64,000 nucleotides of DNA from the NCBI GenBank assembly GCA_000182565.2, contig KQ257456.1; one strand, 5' to 3'. Every line of letters begins with the position of its first letter. Position 1 is the first letter of the stretch. The stretch comes from Spizellomyces punctatus DAOM BR117. Taxonomy: Eukaryota. The translations under genes and the position numbers were made by a program. A model generated the notes under the pieces. That model had not been told where the DNA came from. It was given only the letters and a program-made list of their open reading frames with translations, and made no database searches. Of this stretch, positions 47,438 to 60,734 are shown in pieces.

Positions 47438-50400
47438 CTAACCTTCCACTACCCGTACAGTGATATTACCTCTCTGGGGATCTACTCTTTCTACCCTAAC
47501 CTTCACCTCCTTGCCGACAAGATCTGGGCCCCCGGACCCAGGAGTCAACCCCACACCTCTGCCGATAGCAACATTCGCTGCAACCCCACCCAAATCCGTC
47601 AAGATCACCCACATTGCTCCGCTTCTGGTGTCAATCCCTGTCACTAAGGCATTGTACACTTCACCCTCTGATTTCGAAAGCGCATTATACTGCCTGTCAT
47701 CAATTTGTTCCCTAAAGTCAACATACGGCATTTTCCAGCCTGGCGCTTTGTCACGCTCCCCTCGGCGAGCGAGCACCTCTCGTCTTCTGATCCATTCGCA
47801 CGCCCAAAACCTGTCCGTTCGATCGGTTAGAACCTTTGTTCGTTTTTCAATGTCGAGCATACGATCCGCTATGCTACCGACTGCGTCTAGGTTGAAGGGT
47901 ATCTTTTCCTTCAACATGTGGGCCTTCATGTTCCAGTGCACAACCATATCTTTAAATCTTCTCAGCGGGCTGGTGACTTTGACATATCCAGCTGAGCTTC
48001 CCACTCCAGGGATACCCATACTGTAATGGGCTACAGGTGTCACGTCCATCACCGCACCCGGCATGTACGGTAGTAACTTTCGAAATTCACCGAAAGGAAT
48101 GACACCCGACGTCGGATCCTGTGCCTTTAAAACATTGGAAAGGACTTTCTCTGCCGTGTGGAAAGGCAGGTTTTTCGAGCGCACATGATCCAGCAGGTTT
48201 GGTTGCCCCCGATACATTGCGGGCACCCCATTCTCGGTACACCATTTTGCCGCTATGCGACCGGCCAGGATCATACATTCAGCAACCATGAGATGACTCG
48301 GACTCAAATGCCCTGCCCCATTGACGCTCAAGTTTATTGTAGGCCATGTTTCGTTCGGAGGGTAATACGGTTCTGTTGGGAGGAGGGGCGTGAAAGGTTG
48401 AGGATACGGCTCCAATCCTATTCGAAATTCTGGCTGATCGGACAAAAAGCCACCGTTTTGTAGGCGAGAGCGGAAGGCTCTCTCCATCGTCTTCTGAAGC
48501 TTACGCAAATCCTCCACACCATTCTGGCTCACGTCCTTTGCCGAATCCCCCGACACGCCAGGTTTGACATTTCGTTTGGCGAGCACTTGTCGTACCCACG
48601 GTGTTCGCTGATGGTCATGGAGCTGTACTCCATAGACATTGCTCCAATCTAGCACTTCGTCCACATCATCGTAATGAATAATCTTCACATTGCGCACGAT
48701 ACTAGGTTTCACGTCGCAATCAAGAATTTCCCCATTTTCGCCAACACGAGCACTGAAGGTCATCGCACACTGTGAAACACCGAGGTTGAACCTTTCATTA
48801 CTCAGGAAGTCCGGCATCATAGGATAATGCCTTTCAGGTAAATAGACGCTGTTGCCCCTTAGCTGAGCAGTGAGTGACAGAGGATGGCTGGGCGGTATAT
48901 ACGCAGTCGGGTCGGCAATATGGACATGTACCCACAAGCCGTCGGGGGTCTCTTCTACTGACATCCCATCGTCCAACTCATGTGCGGTAGGGTCGTCAAT
49001 TACATACACCGGAAGGTTACCAAAATCGCGACGAATCTGTGCACAGGGATCAGTCGCGTAAAAAGATATCTCAGTCGGATCCGTCGGGGCGATAATCATA
49101 GATTTGACAAGATCTAGGACTTTTTGATTTAGGCCTTCATTTGTCGACGCTTTCCCGTTAGACTGCTCCACTCTCAACTTGCCCTCGTCATCAAATTGGA
49201 ACTCTCTTACAAGCATCTGCTTGCCAAGGAGCTGAGCCTGTTGAGCAACGTCTTCTGCATAAGTGCTCAGCCCATGGCCCTCCAACGTCACCATCTTCCC
49301 CTTCTCGCTCGTTTGGTACAATGATGTATTCTCCCAAGGAGTCCATATGCCTATCTCCTTGAGCATTTGCATCGCCTCGCGTGATCCTGGCTTGTTGCCG
49401 TACAGAGGATATAATGCCTTCAGGATGCCACCTAATGCCACCTGCCGATAAGGACTCGGGAAAACATCTGGTTCAAGAGCAGCATCCTTCAGAGCTGCAA
49501 TGAAACTATGATCCGTATCTGTGAATTTCACAGCCGGTCGTTTCTTGCTTGCAGTCTCTAAGTCATGTTTCGAGTCACGATGCCATTCGACAAGACGGCG
49601 AGCCTTTCTCAAAAACTCCCGCAGCTCGTTAGTTTTCTTCTGTTCGCCAGCTGCACCGGCTGCTCGTACTTGGTCCCACATCCATCGAATTCGCTCACTC
49701 TCCGCGGCTGATCGGAGTATGAACTCGCGATTTGTTCGCATGTGCCGGGGTTTGACTGGCTTATACAACCGCACGTTTCTGAGCAGAAAATTATACGTGG
49801 CGTACAGTTCTGCGGGTGTCGGGTCTCCATCACCGTCCCCGTAGAACACCCATCTAGCAACAGAATCTACTGTGACAGAACGTGCCTTCTTTTGCTCTCC
49901 AAATATTCTGTACGCCGAGGCAAACCGCTGGCGCATTGTATAAGCATATGTCTCAGCTGCCTCCCGGAAATTCTCAATGTGGGCAATAGCAGTAGTGGGT
50001 ATACCGGCGGCAGTAAGTAGCGCGGCAGATTCTGGAGATAGGCCGGCAGTTGCAAAGCTATTAGAGATGGGTTTCTGTACCACACTGCTGTAGGCCCATT
50101 CTGGCGCCTGGAACGTAACATCGCCTGCCCTGTGCAGAAGGAAATGGCCGTTATAAAGGATAGTTCGATATTCTGCACCAAAGGTGTCGTATTCTGGAGT
50201 TTTTGCAAGACAACCGACGTATGTCTTGTCACCACGGCGAATTTCCACGAAGTCTCCAGGAGCAAGATCTGGTACAACAATTCGGTCCTCCAAGTCGTCG
50301 GCTTCCTCAACAGCGCGTAGACTTGCAGTGCGATCCCCAGTACTTATATCCTCCAGATCGACCTCCTTGAGCGGAAAGGCTGTAACTTGTAAAGAACGTT

Positions 50401-50524
50401 GTGTCGGGGACTGCACCTTTGGTCGACCGGTGCAAGGAAGGCGGGACCTAACAGCGCCCACCGGCAACCCCGGTATCCCCGACAGCAACCATGTTGCCCG
50501 TCGGGTACGGCAACATCGTATCAT
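47438..50524 (-). CDS. Mitochondrial RNase II/RNB-family exoribonuclease (Dss1/Cyt-4-like), single exon, 1028 aa
   Basis: RRDFGNLPVYVIDDPTAHELDDGMS, VHVHIADPT, SVYLPE..YPM, VAECMILAG, YVKVTSPLRRFKD; Arg-rich presequence-like N-terminus. Confidence 0.9.
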   Translation of the reverse strand: MIRCCRTRRATWLLSGIPGLPVGAVRSRLPCTGRPKVQSPTQRSLQVTAFPLKEVDLEDISTGDRTASLRAVEEADDLEDRIVVPDLAPGDFVEIRRGDKTYVGCLAKTPEYDTFGAEYRTILYNGHFLLHRAGDVTFQAPEWAYSSVVQKPISNSFATAGLSPESAALLTAAGIPTTAIAHIENFREAAETYAYTMRQRFASAYRIFGEQKKARSVTVDSVARWVFYGDGDGDPTPAELYATYNFLLRNVRLYKPVKPRHMRTNREFILRSAAESERIRWMWDQVRAAGAAGEQKKTNELREFLRKARRLVEWHRDSKHDLETASKKRPAVKFTDTDHSFIAALKDAALEPDVFPSPYRQVALGGILKALYPLYGNKPGSREAMQMLKEIGIWTPWENTSLYQTSEKGKMVTLEGHGLSTYAEDVAQQAQLLGKQMLVREFQFDDEGKLRVEQSNGKASTNEGLNQKVLDLVKSMIIAPTDPTEISFYATDPCAQIRRDFGNLPVYVIDDPTAHELDDGMSVEETPDGLWVHVHIADPTAYIPPSHPLSLTAQLRGNSVYLPERHYPMMPDFLSNERFNLGVSQCAMTFSARVGENGEILDCDVKPSIVRNVKIIHYDDVDEVLDWSNVYGVQLHDHQRTPWVRQVLAKRNVKPGVSGDSAKDVSQNGVEDLRKLQKTMERAFRSRLQNGGFLSDQPEFRIGLEPYPQPFTPLLPTEPYYPPNETWPTINLSVNGAGHLSPSHLMVAECMILAGRIAAKWCTENGVPAMYRGQPNLLDHVRSKNLPFHTAEKVLSNVLKAQDPTSGVIPFGEFRKLLPYMPGAVMDVTPVAHYSMGIPGVGSSAGYVKVTSPLRRFKDMVVHWNMKAHMLKEKIPFNLDAVGSIADRMLDIEKRTKVLTDRTDRFWACEWIRRREVLARRGERDKAPGWKMPYVDFREQIDDRQYNALSKSEGEVYNALVTGIDTRSGAMWVILTDLGGVAANVAIGRGVGLTPGSGGPDLVGKEVKVRVERVDPQRGNITVRVVEG

Positions 50525-50745
50525 TGCAGCAGCCCAAAAATTGCCTTACCAAACACGAGTAACGACAAGAGTCAGAATGGTGACCAGTCTTGCCAGGTGG
50601 TAAGCGTCCATTCGACAAACGTTGTCACGGCAACAGCCCCAACTGCCGATCGGTTGAGTCATCAGAACTGAACTCACCTCGTCACAACCTTGCTTTAAAA
50701 GCGCTTCCCCCAATCACAACGTTTTCCGCATTCCTGCTTTCAATC

Positions 50746-52304
50746 ATGCTGGCTCCTAGAAATATGTCATATCCCCTCAGCCGCTGTGTGCGTGTCGTAC
50801 CCAAACGATTGGAAGCGATTTGCGTATCTTCAAGCACGACACTGCAGCGACGCACGTATCAGTATGGACCGGGAGGGTCGTTCGGCTCAGCGTCCAACTA
50901 TTGGGGTGGGGCAGGAAGTGGTGGTGGTGGCTTCTCTTCCACCAAGCGTTCCCGAAATCTACCAGCCAATACGGTACGGTTATGATGGAGCGACTCATCT
51001 TGTGCACGATTTTAACCCGCGTTCATGTATAGGTGGTCAAGTTTGTGCCGCAACAGGAAGCCTGGATAGTAGAGAGAATGGGCAAATTTCATCGGATTCT
51101 TGAGCCAGGATTGGCGATATTGGTCCCGGTTCTAGACCGTATCAGATATGTGAAAAGCCTTAAGGAGGTGGCAGTGGAGATCCCATCCCAGAGCGCGATT
51201 ACGCACGGTACTGCAAAGTCTTGTGGGACGAAAGTGGACAGTCCAAGATTCTGATCTCATTAACTATTGTAGACAATGTGACCCTTGAGCTGGATGGTGT
51301 TTTGTATTACAGAGTAGTGGATCCGTATAAGGTGGGATACGCATGATTGAGACTATTTACTGAAGTACTAACTGGGACGTCCAGGCGTCATACGGTGTTG
51401 AAGATGCAGAATTTGCTGTTGCACAGCTCGCACAAACGACAATGGTATGAGATTTGAAGTCTGCTATGCGCAATTCTCGAGAGTTCAGGCACTGAATGAT
51501 GTTGTCTAGCGTGCCGAAATTGGACAAATGACACTGGATCGCACATTGGCCGAACGTACACAGTTGAACTTCAACATTGTGAATGCCATTAACTCTGCCG
51601 CCGCTGACTGGGGTATCAAATGTCTACGTTACGAAATCCGCGATATACATCCTCCAGAAAACGTCGTCGTTGCCATGCATCAGCAAGTGAGTGCAGAACG
51701 TCGGAAACGTGCTGAAATCTTGGAATCTGAGGGAGCAAGGTATGAAGGAAATCTGGTTAAACATGTCCTTGCTGTACCAAACTTCTGCTTTGGCCAGACA
51801 AGCATCGATTAACGTCGCCGAAGGACGAAAGCAATCTGCAATCCTCGAATCCGAGGCAGTCAAAGCCCGACAAATCAACCATGCACAGGGTAGGTCGAAT
51901 ACTGACAGCGCATATGTAGCATGTGAAATAACGCTTCCCCGTTAGGTGAGGCTGAGGCTATTCTGCTGCGTGCTCAAGCCAATAGCCAGTCCATTGAACG
52001 CATTGCACAAGCCATTCAATCGCACGGAAACACGGGACAAGACGCAGTGTCCCTATCTGTCGCTGAGAAGTACATCGAGGCCTTCGGTGCTCTCGCAAAG
52101 GAGGGAACAACAGTTGTTGTACCCAGCAACGTAAATGATATCTCAGGAATGGTGACTCAGATGATGACAGTGTACAACGCAGTCAGGGACGGGCGACCAG
52201 GACCGCGCAGCGCACCAGCCATGCCATCGATATCTCAGCATGTTCCGTCAGCCGAGCGAGTCTTACAAAAAACTGGAGCGCCAACTGATGGAAAGACAGC
52301 GTAG
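50746..52304 (+). CDS. Stomatin-like protein 2 (SPFH/band 7), mitochondrial
   Basis: FVPQQEAWIVERMGKF..ILEPGL, IPSQSAIT.DNVTL.LDGVLY, WGIKCLRYEIRDI.PP, QVSAERRKRAEILESEG, VAEKYIEAF. Confidence 0.92.
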
Positions 52305-52457
52305 AGAGACACGCCTTGTATTAAATTTTGTATCTAATATGAAGCATTGAAGTAGCAAATTGCGCCAGCCTCGTGAGCCTATGTATTGTAAACATCCTAA
52401 ATTTCAATGTACACCGCGAACGGCTCTCGTCTCCATTGCATATCCTTCTTCAAACTT

Positions 52458-53362
52458 TTACTTTTTTGATGTGCCGAATCCACTGCAGAAGCATAAATTA
52501 TCGTTAAAAAGACTTTTAGATGATACCGGATGCAGTTGCAACCTACCCAAATCCCATCATGCTCGCAATATCTATATCGTCCGTTGCGGCCACCTCTGGC
52601 GGCGCTTCTTCCTTTCGTTTCTTTTTCCTTTCCTTCTTTTCCCTTTTTCTTGCTCGCTTTTCTTCTTCGTCTTCCTTCTGAGCCCGCTCTATTCTTGCAT
52701 CAAAGTCTGACCGTTTCCAGTTAGAACTCGTCCGATAATCCGCAAATGCGCTCTTTAACTTTATTTACCAAGCTCGGGTTCATTTACTTTGCGTTTGAGT
52801 GCTTCTAATCGGGCGCGCACTTGATCGACGGTGCTACGTTCCACTCGCATCGACATCCCCATATTTCGCTGATCTACGGTACACCACTGTCATAACTTGG
52901 ACAATATGCGTCGCTGGTCCAACAAAGAACTCACGGCTTCTCCCATTGATATGATCCAGATAGTTCACACTGTCTTTGACTACACAGTCGCATACTTCGC
53001 AGTAATAACCGGGTTGTCTTGAGGCGATGTTCGATGCCTGCACAACAACCGTTTTGTTCAAGTTGGACGTCAGATCTATGGCCTCCTCGCGGGCTTTCAA
53101 AAGTTCTCGCTCTGACGAAGGCGGCTCGTCAGACTCCTTTGGCTTCCCACCTGTCGATGTACGTATACTTGAACTTTCGAAGTTCGAAGGAAGACCATTA
53201 GAACGCAGGCAAAATACCTTTGCGCTTCCGCTGATCGTCCTTGTCCAGAATCCCACGTTCTCTATCTTTTGCCCGCTGCTCGTATTCCGCACGGTCCCAT
53301 TTTCGGCGGAAGTTCGTGTCCCCTGCACTACTGTCGTAATAGCCTCCTTTCTTTTCTGACAT
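52458..53362 (-). CDS. SNU23: U4/U6.U5 tri-snRNP zinc-finger protein Snu23/ZMAT2
   Basis: FRRKWDR.EY, GYYCEVCDCVVKDSVNYLDHING, C-terminal MMGFGGFGTSKK. Confidence 0.92.
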
Positions 53363-53611
53363 GATGGATTGCAATTGCTGTGGAATGCTAGAGATCAAAC
53401 GCTTCCAGAGCTTGGGTTGACCAAGGTCACGTGTGGATGGTGTTGTGCCGAGCAAACTGGTATTCTCGGCCTCCCAAATAATGTACAGTACACATGCAGC
53501 AGCAAAGCTATAAATTATCCTATCCGATATCCACATCGAAGACTCTAAGCAGCATAGTGTAGACTCCGTTCCATACACCATAAACCCTCTATGTGACCTA
53601 TCGTCCCCCCT

Positions 53612-54228
53612 TCAGAATCCCCTCGCCGTAAGCCAATCACGCACTGCAAACAAATAATCCCCTTTCAATACAACATGCCGTTGTAATTCCTTTATCTCTA
53701 TCCGATCAAATGGTACGAATTGGCGAAGGTCATCGGCCAGTTGCTACAAAATAGGATGAGTCAGGGATGGGTACCATCCAACAACATACAATGTACGTAC
53801 TTTGACGTTCCCATCCACCCTTCGAATGATAGTCAAAGTCTGTGTCTTGCCATGTTTAAATTCTCTGTAGACTGGCAGCCATCCCGATTTTGATGTTCTC
53901 TTTACCAGATACGGAAGAGATTCTAAAATGATAACGTCATTATTGTCAGTAAGATCATTGCCCTGATGCTAATCTCTTTTTATCAAGCCGCACCTTTTGT
54001 TTGAATGGCTGTCCCATCTGGCTTTACAGTTGCCGTAGGGTCCCCAACCAAGATAGTCTTTGGTTTAATGGGCGTTGGTCGTGATCCGAGAATCTCTCCA
54101 CGATAACGACGAGAGTTGGTAAGGGCAGGACATGGGCTTGGCGAGAGATTTTGGAGACGGGGAAGACGTAGAGAGGGTTGGTATGGTATCCGAGCCGACG
54201 CCTGGAGTGTTCGCTGAAGGAGAGACAT
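53612..54228 (-). CDS. IMG2: Mitochondrial ribosomal protein mL49 (3 exons)
   Basis: Spliced LPYLVKRTSKSGWLPVYREFKHGKTQTLTIIRRVDGNV...VVLKGDY...VRDWLTARGF*. Confidence 0.85.
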
Positions 54229-54722
54229 TGCAGATTGCAGCTGTGCGTTTTGCAATGGACACCTCGTTTTGCTCTAGTGAGGAATCTTGCGCGTTGCTAA
54301 GGTGAGTACCAGAAGTGGCACAGTTGAGTAAAGCTGAGCCACTGACTCGATTGAATAAGCAATCGGCAAGTCAAGTCATCCAAAAAACATGCCATCAGGA
54401 CGATGCACAACGGCCTCCGACCTGCTGCATGCAAGATGCATGCGGCTCAGTTCTCCATATTCGTCTCATTCAGCTTTTGGGATATCTTTTACATGGGCCA
54501 GCCGAACGACATCCGAACGACTATCTGATCAGATGTATGTTGCATGACTGCGCCGCTTGGTGAACTGGTAAACAAGGCACGTCAGGCCACCATTAAGCTG
54601 CCACGTTCGTCGGACGATCTCACTCCTGCTTGTCTTGCGGTTCACTGTCGAAAATTCATATAAAGGAAGTCGCTGCGGTACCTCGTTCTTTTACGCTGCT
54701 CTTAACAAATACAGAATTCAAT

Positions 54723-55999
<1,277 letters not shown>

Positions 56000-56162
56000 A
56001 GTTTTTCAGTGAATTAATGTTAACATATAGACTATTGTCATGTTTTGCCCAACTTTATGAAGTTCAGCAACAGTAAACAAAAAAAAGCCGAAAATCTATT
56101 CAATAAATACAAAATGCGACATAACAATGCGAGAAGATACCACGATCCCATGGAGGTAGCGC

Positions 56163-56713
56163 TCACGAACGAGCGTTTTGGACGATCTTAAAGGCTTCCT
56201 CCAATCCTGCAGCCACTGGACCTTCTTCTATCTCCTCGGCCCCGAACATCTTTGGTAGCGACAGGCCAACAGTGTTGGCGGTCCGCGTCAACTTCTCCTC
56301 ATTGCTGAGGCCGGCAGCAGGCCAATACCTTTCAACGAGGTCCTGTAAGAGCACAAATTATAAAGTGTGTCAATTATAATAACAATGAGATGTCTGTTGA
56401 AAAAATCCAGGCAACGAACCCTATGTTCCCGATTGCTTCGCATGAAAGTGAGAATATTCCTAGCATCCTTCACCGATTCTTCTATTGTAACTGGGTCCGA
56501 CAAGGCGGCGCCAGCTCGAAATCGTGCCACGACTTCGTTATGCCATACTCGGTTCTTATTGCGCAGAGTGTACTAGCCGACGACTATCAGTGACACGACA
56601 CAAGATTCCTTGATGCTTTAAGAAATGACGAGAGAAATACAAACCTGCTTTGAGACCTCCCGAAGAATTCCACGGTAGGTGGAGAGGATATCGGATCGTG
56701 TTACTGCAGACAT
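56163..56713 (-). CDS. FMC1: ATP synthase assembly factor Fmc1 (LYR-like)
   Basis: Spliced LSTYRGILREVSKQ...LTFMRSNREHRDLVERY...EEKLTRTANTVGLSLP. Confidence 0.82.
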
Positions 56714-57570
56714 GTGGCAAAGAGGTCTGCAGGATAGCATCGGACGGTAGTTAGTAAAAGCCTACATACTACTTTGAATTCTCATCAGAAACAGATCCAG
56801 TCAGGGGAATAAAAATATTCTTCGGCATTTCCCCCCGCACCATGATTCCTTCATTGCCCTTGTCCTCTGGCCAACCTTTTTGCCAAACTCCTCGCCTTCT
56901 GCGAGTAAAAGTGAACGCTCGCAAAAGGCAGACAAACTCAGCTCCATATCTGGCTCCTGCAATCCGCCGATAAAGACCTTCTAACATTAAGATAGGTTCG
57001 GCTCATGGCAAAAGCTTGCAGGGTTAGCCCCCATTCCAGATTGGAATAGAAGGCTCCGGTAATGTCGTGCTTCGCCTTTACCCGCCATTCCAATCACTCT
57101 GCGGATGCGGATCTATGAGAAGCACCAAGCCCACATCCTCCTGCCACTGCTCCCAAAGGACTGTAACAGGGAGTGAGCTCGCCCAGTTTTTCTTTGTCCG
57201 GCCTTACAATCACTAGGCAATTCTAGTCTAGCGACAAAGAATTCGAACAGTTCCACCGCGAGGACAAGGCACAAACGAAGGTGGGATAGAAGGATATGAC
57301 CTTTTACACAAACATCATACTGGACTGTGACCATCGTGGCCTATGTGATGTCTCAACTCACCTGAGAAAGTCGGTATGTGTCGCGGGATGACGGAGATCC
57401 AAGGGCATAACCGCAACTTGAACAGGTTTGGTCAACGCTGCACGTGATTTCAAATAATTCTTGTTGCCCCGGCAATAATTCCAAGAGCCTTTCGACAAGT
57501 TGCAGCAAATATCCAGGACCAAAAGATCCCTAGTGCCGTCTCTAAGACCTCGTCAAACGTTGTGGTGAAC

Positions 57571-58667
57571 ATGTCCGATTGGGGTACCGTCGTACTTCTT
57601 GTGAACTGTTTTGAGTCAGATTGTAGATATGTGCTAAAAAGTGATCTCTTACCATCTTTCTCGCAGAGGCGGAAGATCAAGAATTTGCGATCCCTAGCAT
57701 CCCGGTACTGAACAAGGGTGCTTGGGATGACGAAGACGTTGAAGAAGAGGACGAGGTGAAGGCATCATGGGAGGATTCAGATGAGGATGAGCCGAAGAAA
57801 GAAGAGAGCAAACCTGTTGTGGCTGCTCCAGTGAAAAAGAAGAAGAGCCTAACCCAAAAGCTCGCGGAGAAAAAGGCGGAGGAGGAGCGGAAGAAGGCCG
57901 AGCTTGCTGCCAAGCGGGTATGATCTGTAGTATGGTATTTATAGTTCCCAGATGGAAGATGGCATTAACGCGTATCTGGAAATCAGGCGGAAAACAATGC
58001 AGAACAGGACAACGAGGAAACGCCAGAGGAACGAAAGGCGCGGCTGCAAAGGGCTGTGCTCGATTCTGACTTGGAAAATGCAAAAGATTTGTTTGGAGGC
58101 ATAGCAGCACCAAGTACGTTCTGACACCTTAAAAGCTAGTTCGTGCGCATCAATATTACTCTATGGTTGACCTGCCGAGATTCTGTAGCGAGCGACACCA
58201 GCACATCTAAGATCGAGACCATGAACCCAAATTCCCGCGCCGAATTCGACGATTACGTGAAGGCTTGCATGGAGAAATTCTCTGCCTTCGATGTATGTCA
58301 CATTGTGCTACCTTGGTTTTACTCGACATGTCTCACTCATGGCCTTACAGAAAAAGCCACATTACTCCTACTTTGTCGAGACTCTCATCCGCGATCTTCT
58401 AGTCCCCCTCAATGTCGATGATACTCGACGAATTTCTTCATCTATCACCGCGATGATCAATGAAAAGCAGAAAGCACAGAAGGAAGTTGGAAAGAAAAAG
58501 AAGGGCAAAAAGGCCACCCTGAAGACTACACCATCTGGGGACATGGATACGACAAATTATGACGGTACGATGGCGTTTTTGCGAAATCTACAGCTGAATG
58601 CATCTCCTGAATTGATCTTTTTGCGTGGGTTCTAGATGTGTACGACGAGTTTGAGGATTTCATGTAG
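57571..58667 (+). CDS. HCR1: Translation initiation factor eIF3 subunit J
   Basis: MSDW, WDDED, SWEDSDE, DSDLENAKDLF, INEKQKAQK, C-terminal YDEFEDFM*. Confidence 0.92.
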
Positions 58668-58899
58668 TTGGCACAAGTCACGTTGAATTCTGGGACCTGC
58701 AGACGTACGTTCGAGCAGGTTGTCGATAGCACACAAGCAAGACACCTATTGCTAGCTATCTGTTGGATACTGTTTACTGGCGTGCATACAATCATACGGC
58801 TGTCAGCTTTTCTGTCATGACAACCCTGCATAATTGATTAGACTACAAATCTGGATGATACAAATATGAAAATATATAACATAAGTTCCCTTCAGCTCC

Positions 58900-60160
58900 C
58901 TACAATTCAACATCATCCTTCAACATGTTTCCAGCCAGGACCACCTTTTCGCCTGGCTTGAAAGCAGGCATCCCAAGGTATGGACAGCTGCTGCATCGGA
59001 ACGCATCGCCCAAGTAGCACTATGGAAAAAAAAGGAGTACATCAGTCGTCAAGAGCATCGCGAAAAGAAAACTGATCATACAGCAACGTACGTTTCCACA
59101 AGAGGATGCCGGAGCAGTTGCAATCTTCTTCTTTGGTGTTACCACCACCACCTTGGCTTGATCCTCATCAGCAGCCAGCTCTTCTTCCATTTCCGCTCGG
59201 CCACAAGTGCAATTTTTGCATGCCTTTCTCTTCCCTCCAACAGGTTCGCAATCGTCCGGAACTGTAATAGCAAAGATATTAGGAGTCCGCTTACCCAGCA
59301 CACCATGAAGCATACGCACCAATCAAGGTTGGAGCTTTCAAATCTTCATCATCAAGCAACGCATCTTCATCTTCCAACTCTTCATCTTCGTCATCATCAT
59401 CGTTTGCTGAAACCTTCCATACGGACTCTTTGGCAGGTGCTTTGGGTGCGGCCTTCTGGCCATTGTCAACCGATACAATTTTTTTTCTCGCAAATGGCAA
59501 TGCAGCCGCGGCTCCAATCTCGTAGGCTGGCTTGCGGGCTGTCACTTCAACCATAAGCACCTTTCCTTTCAGATAATCTGCAACTCCTTGCACCTCGTTC
59601 GGTTGCACACCCCAACATTGCAACACATATCTGGCCACAGTTTCATCATCCAGTGAAACGCTAGACACAACCTTTACATCTACGAATCCTGCCAGCTTCA
59701 GTGCCGACAGAAGGGCGTTGGTGGTCCGAGTCGGGAGCCGGAGAGCATCTGTAGCTGTCGCCGTGGCAGCAGCTGCATAGTCTACTAATACGGGTTCGCG
59801 AATGTGAAGGGAGCCGTTCGGTAACAGGGATTTCAACAGTTTGGCAAGGACGGAATCGGAATGAGGGAAAGCACTGGGAGGGATATCTCCCGATATCACT
59901 GCATTGTACACAGAATTTGCCAAGGGAACTGTCGTCGCATGGAAGTCAGTCAACGCAATCATGCAAACATAGCAATATATCACATATCGTTTGCGGAACT
60001 TACTGTGCGGGATTCTATCCAACTGCTCAAAAACGACAGCACCAGAGGACGTTACATGACTATTCAACTCCTGCTGTGCCTTTTGCAAATCTTCTGCTTG
60101 GGCCAAGGGATTGCCCACAAGTAGGACCTTTTGCCCTGCTGAAAGAACACCGACAACCAT
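58900..60160 (-). CDS. DRE2: Fe-S cluster assembly protein Dre2/anamorsin
   Basis: Methyltransferase-like N-domain, KPAYEIGA, acidic linker [23 protein letters not shown] and [31 protein letters not shown]. Confidence 0.94.
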
Positions 60161-60734
60161 GATACTGATGCTTGAAAATGTTAACGAGGCAAAAGCAACT
60201 GAAAGTTCAAAAAGAATAAACAAGGATTGGAAATACAGTTTGGAGAATTGGATAGATTGGTTAGGTTAGATTGATTCGAATGGATTATTGTGTTTTATCA
60301 GATATCCCTTATGTTTTCGGACTATATTTTGTAATTATAGTTAAGACATAAAACTGCAATGGTTTTACGCTAAAAGTCATGGAAGGAAGGCTTTGCATAC
60401 CTTGCTGGGTATAAAATTGTAACATTGCTTTTTCCATCAAAACAATATCTTCCGATTACTGTGACAGACCATAGATGCAGTTGACCGCCGATTTGTCGTG
60501 CGGCAGCAAGTTGAAGATCAGGAAATTGACGTTTATTCTCAGTCAGGTTAACCAACTCTTATGAAGGCGAACTCATTGATAAACTGCTAAAGTTGAAAGG
60601 TTATCGCTGACCATAGAGACAGGTTTCATTTTGTGATAGCCCAACGAGTTTTTATGAACGGACTTCCCGTGATTTGTTTGGTAGAGCCGTAACAATTCGA
60701 TCATTTAAAAAGCGTGCAATTATATACAGGTTGA

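Noticed and set aside
50621-50634. RFX X-box-like GTTGTCACGGCAAC, and a related palindrome TTGCCATGGCAA at 18077-18088
   Set aside because: Both sit upstream of mitochondrial genes rather than the flagellar AK7; degenerate consensus, so insufficient support
56770-57560. Long spacer between FMC1 and eIF3j examined for RNase MRP/P, U5 or snoRNA
   Set aside because: Only partial resemblance (aatgggggctaac on the minus strand) with no matching partner motif; an Infernal/Rfam scan would settle it
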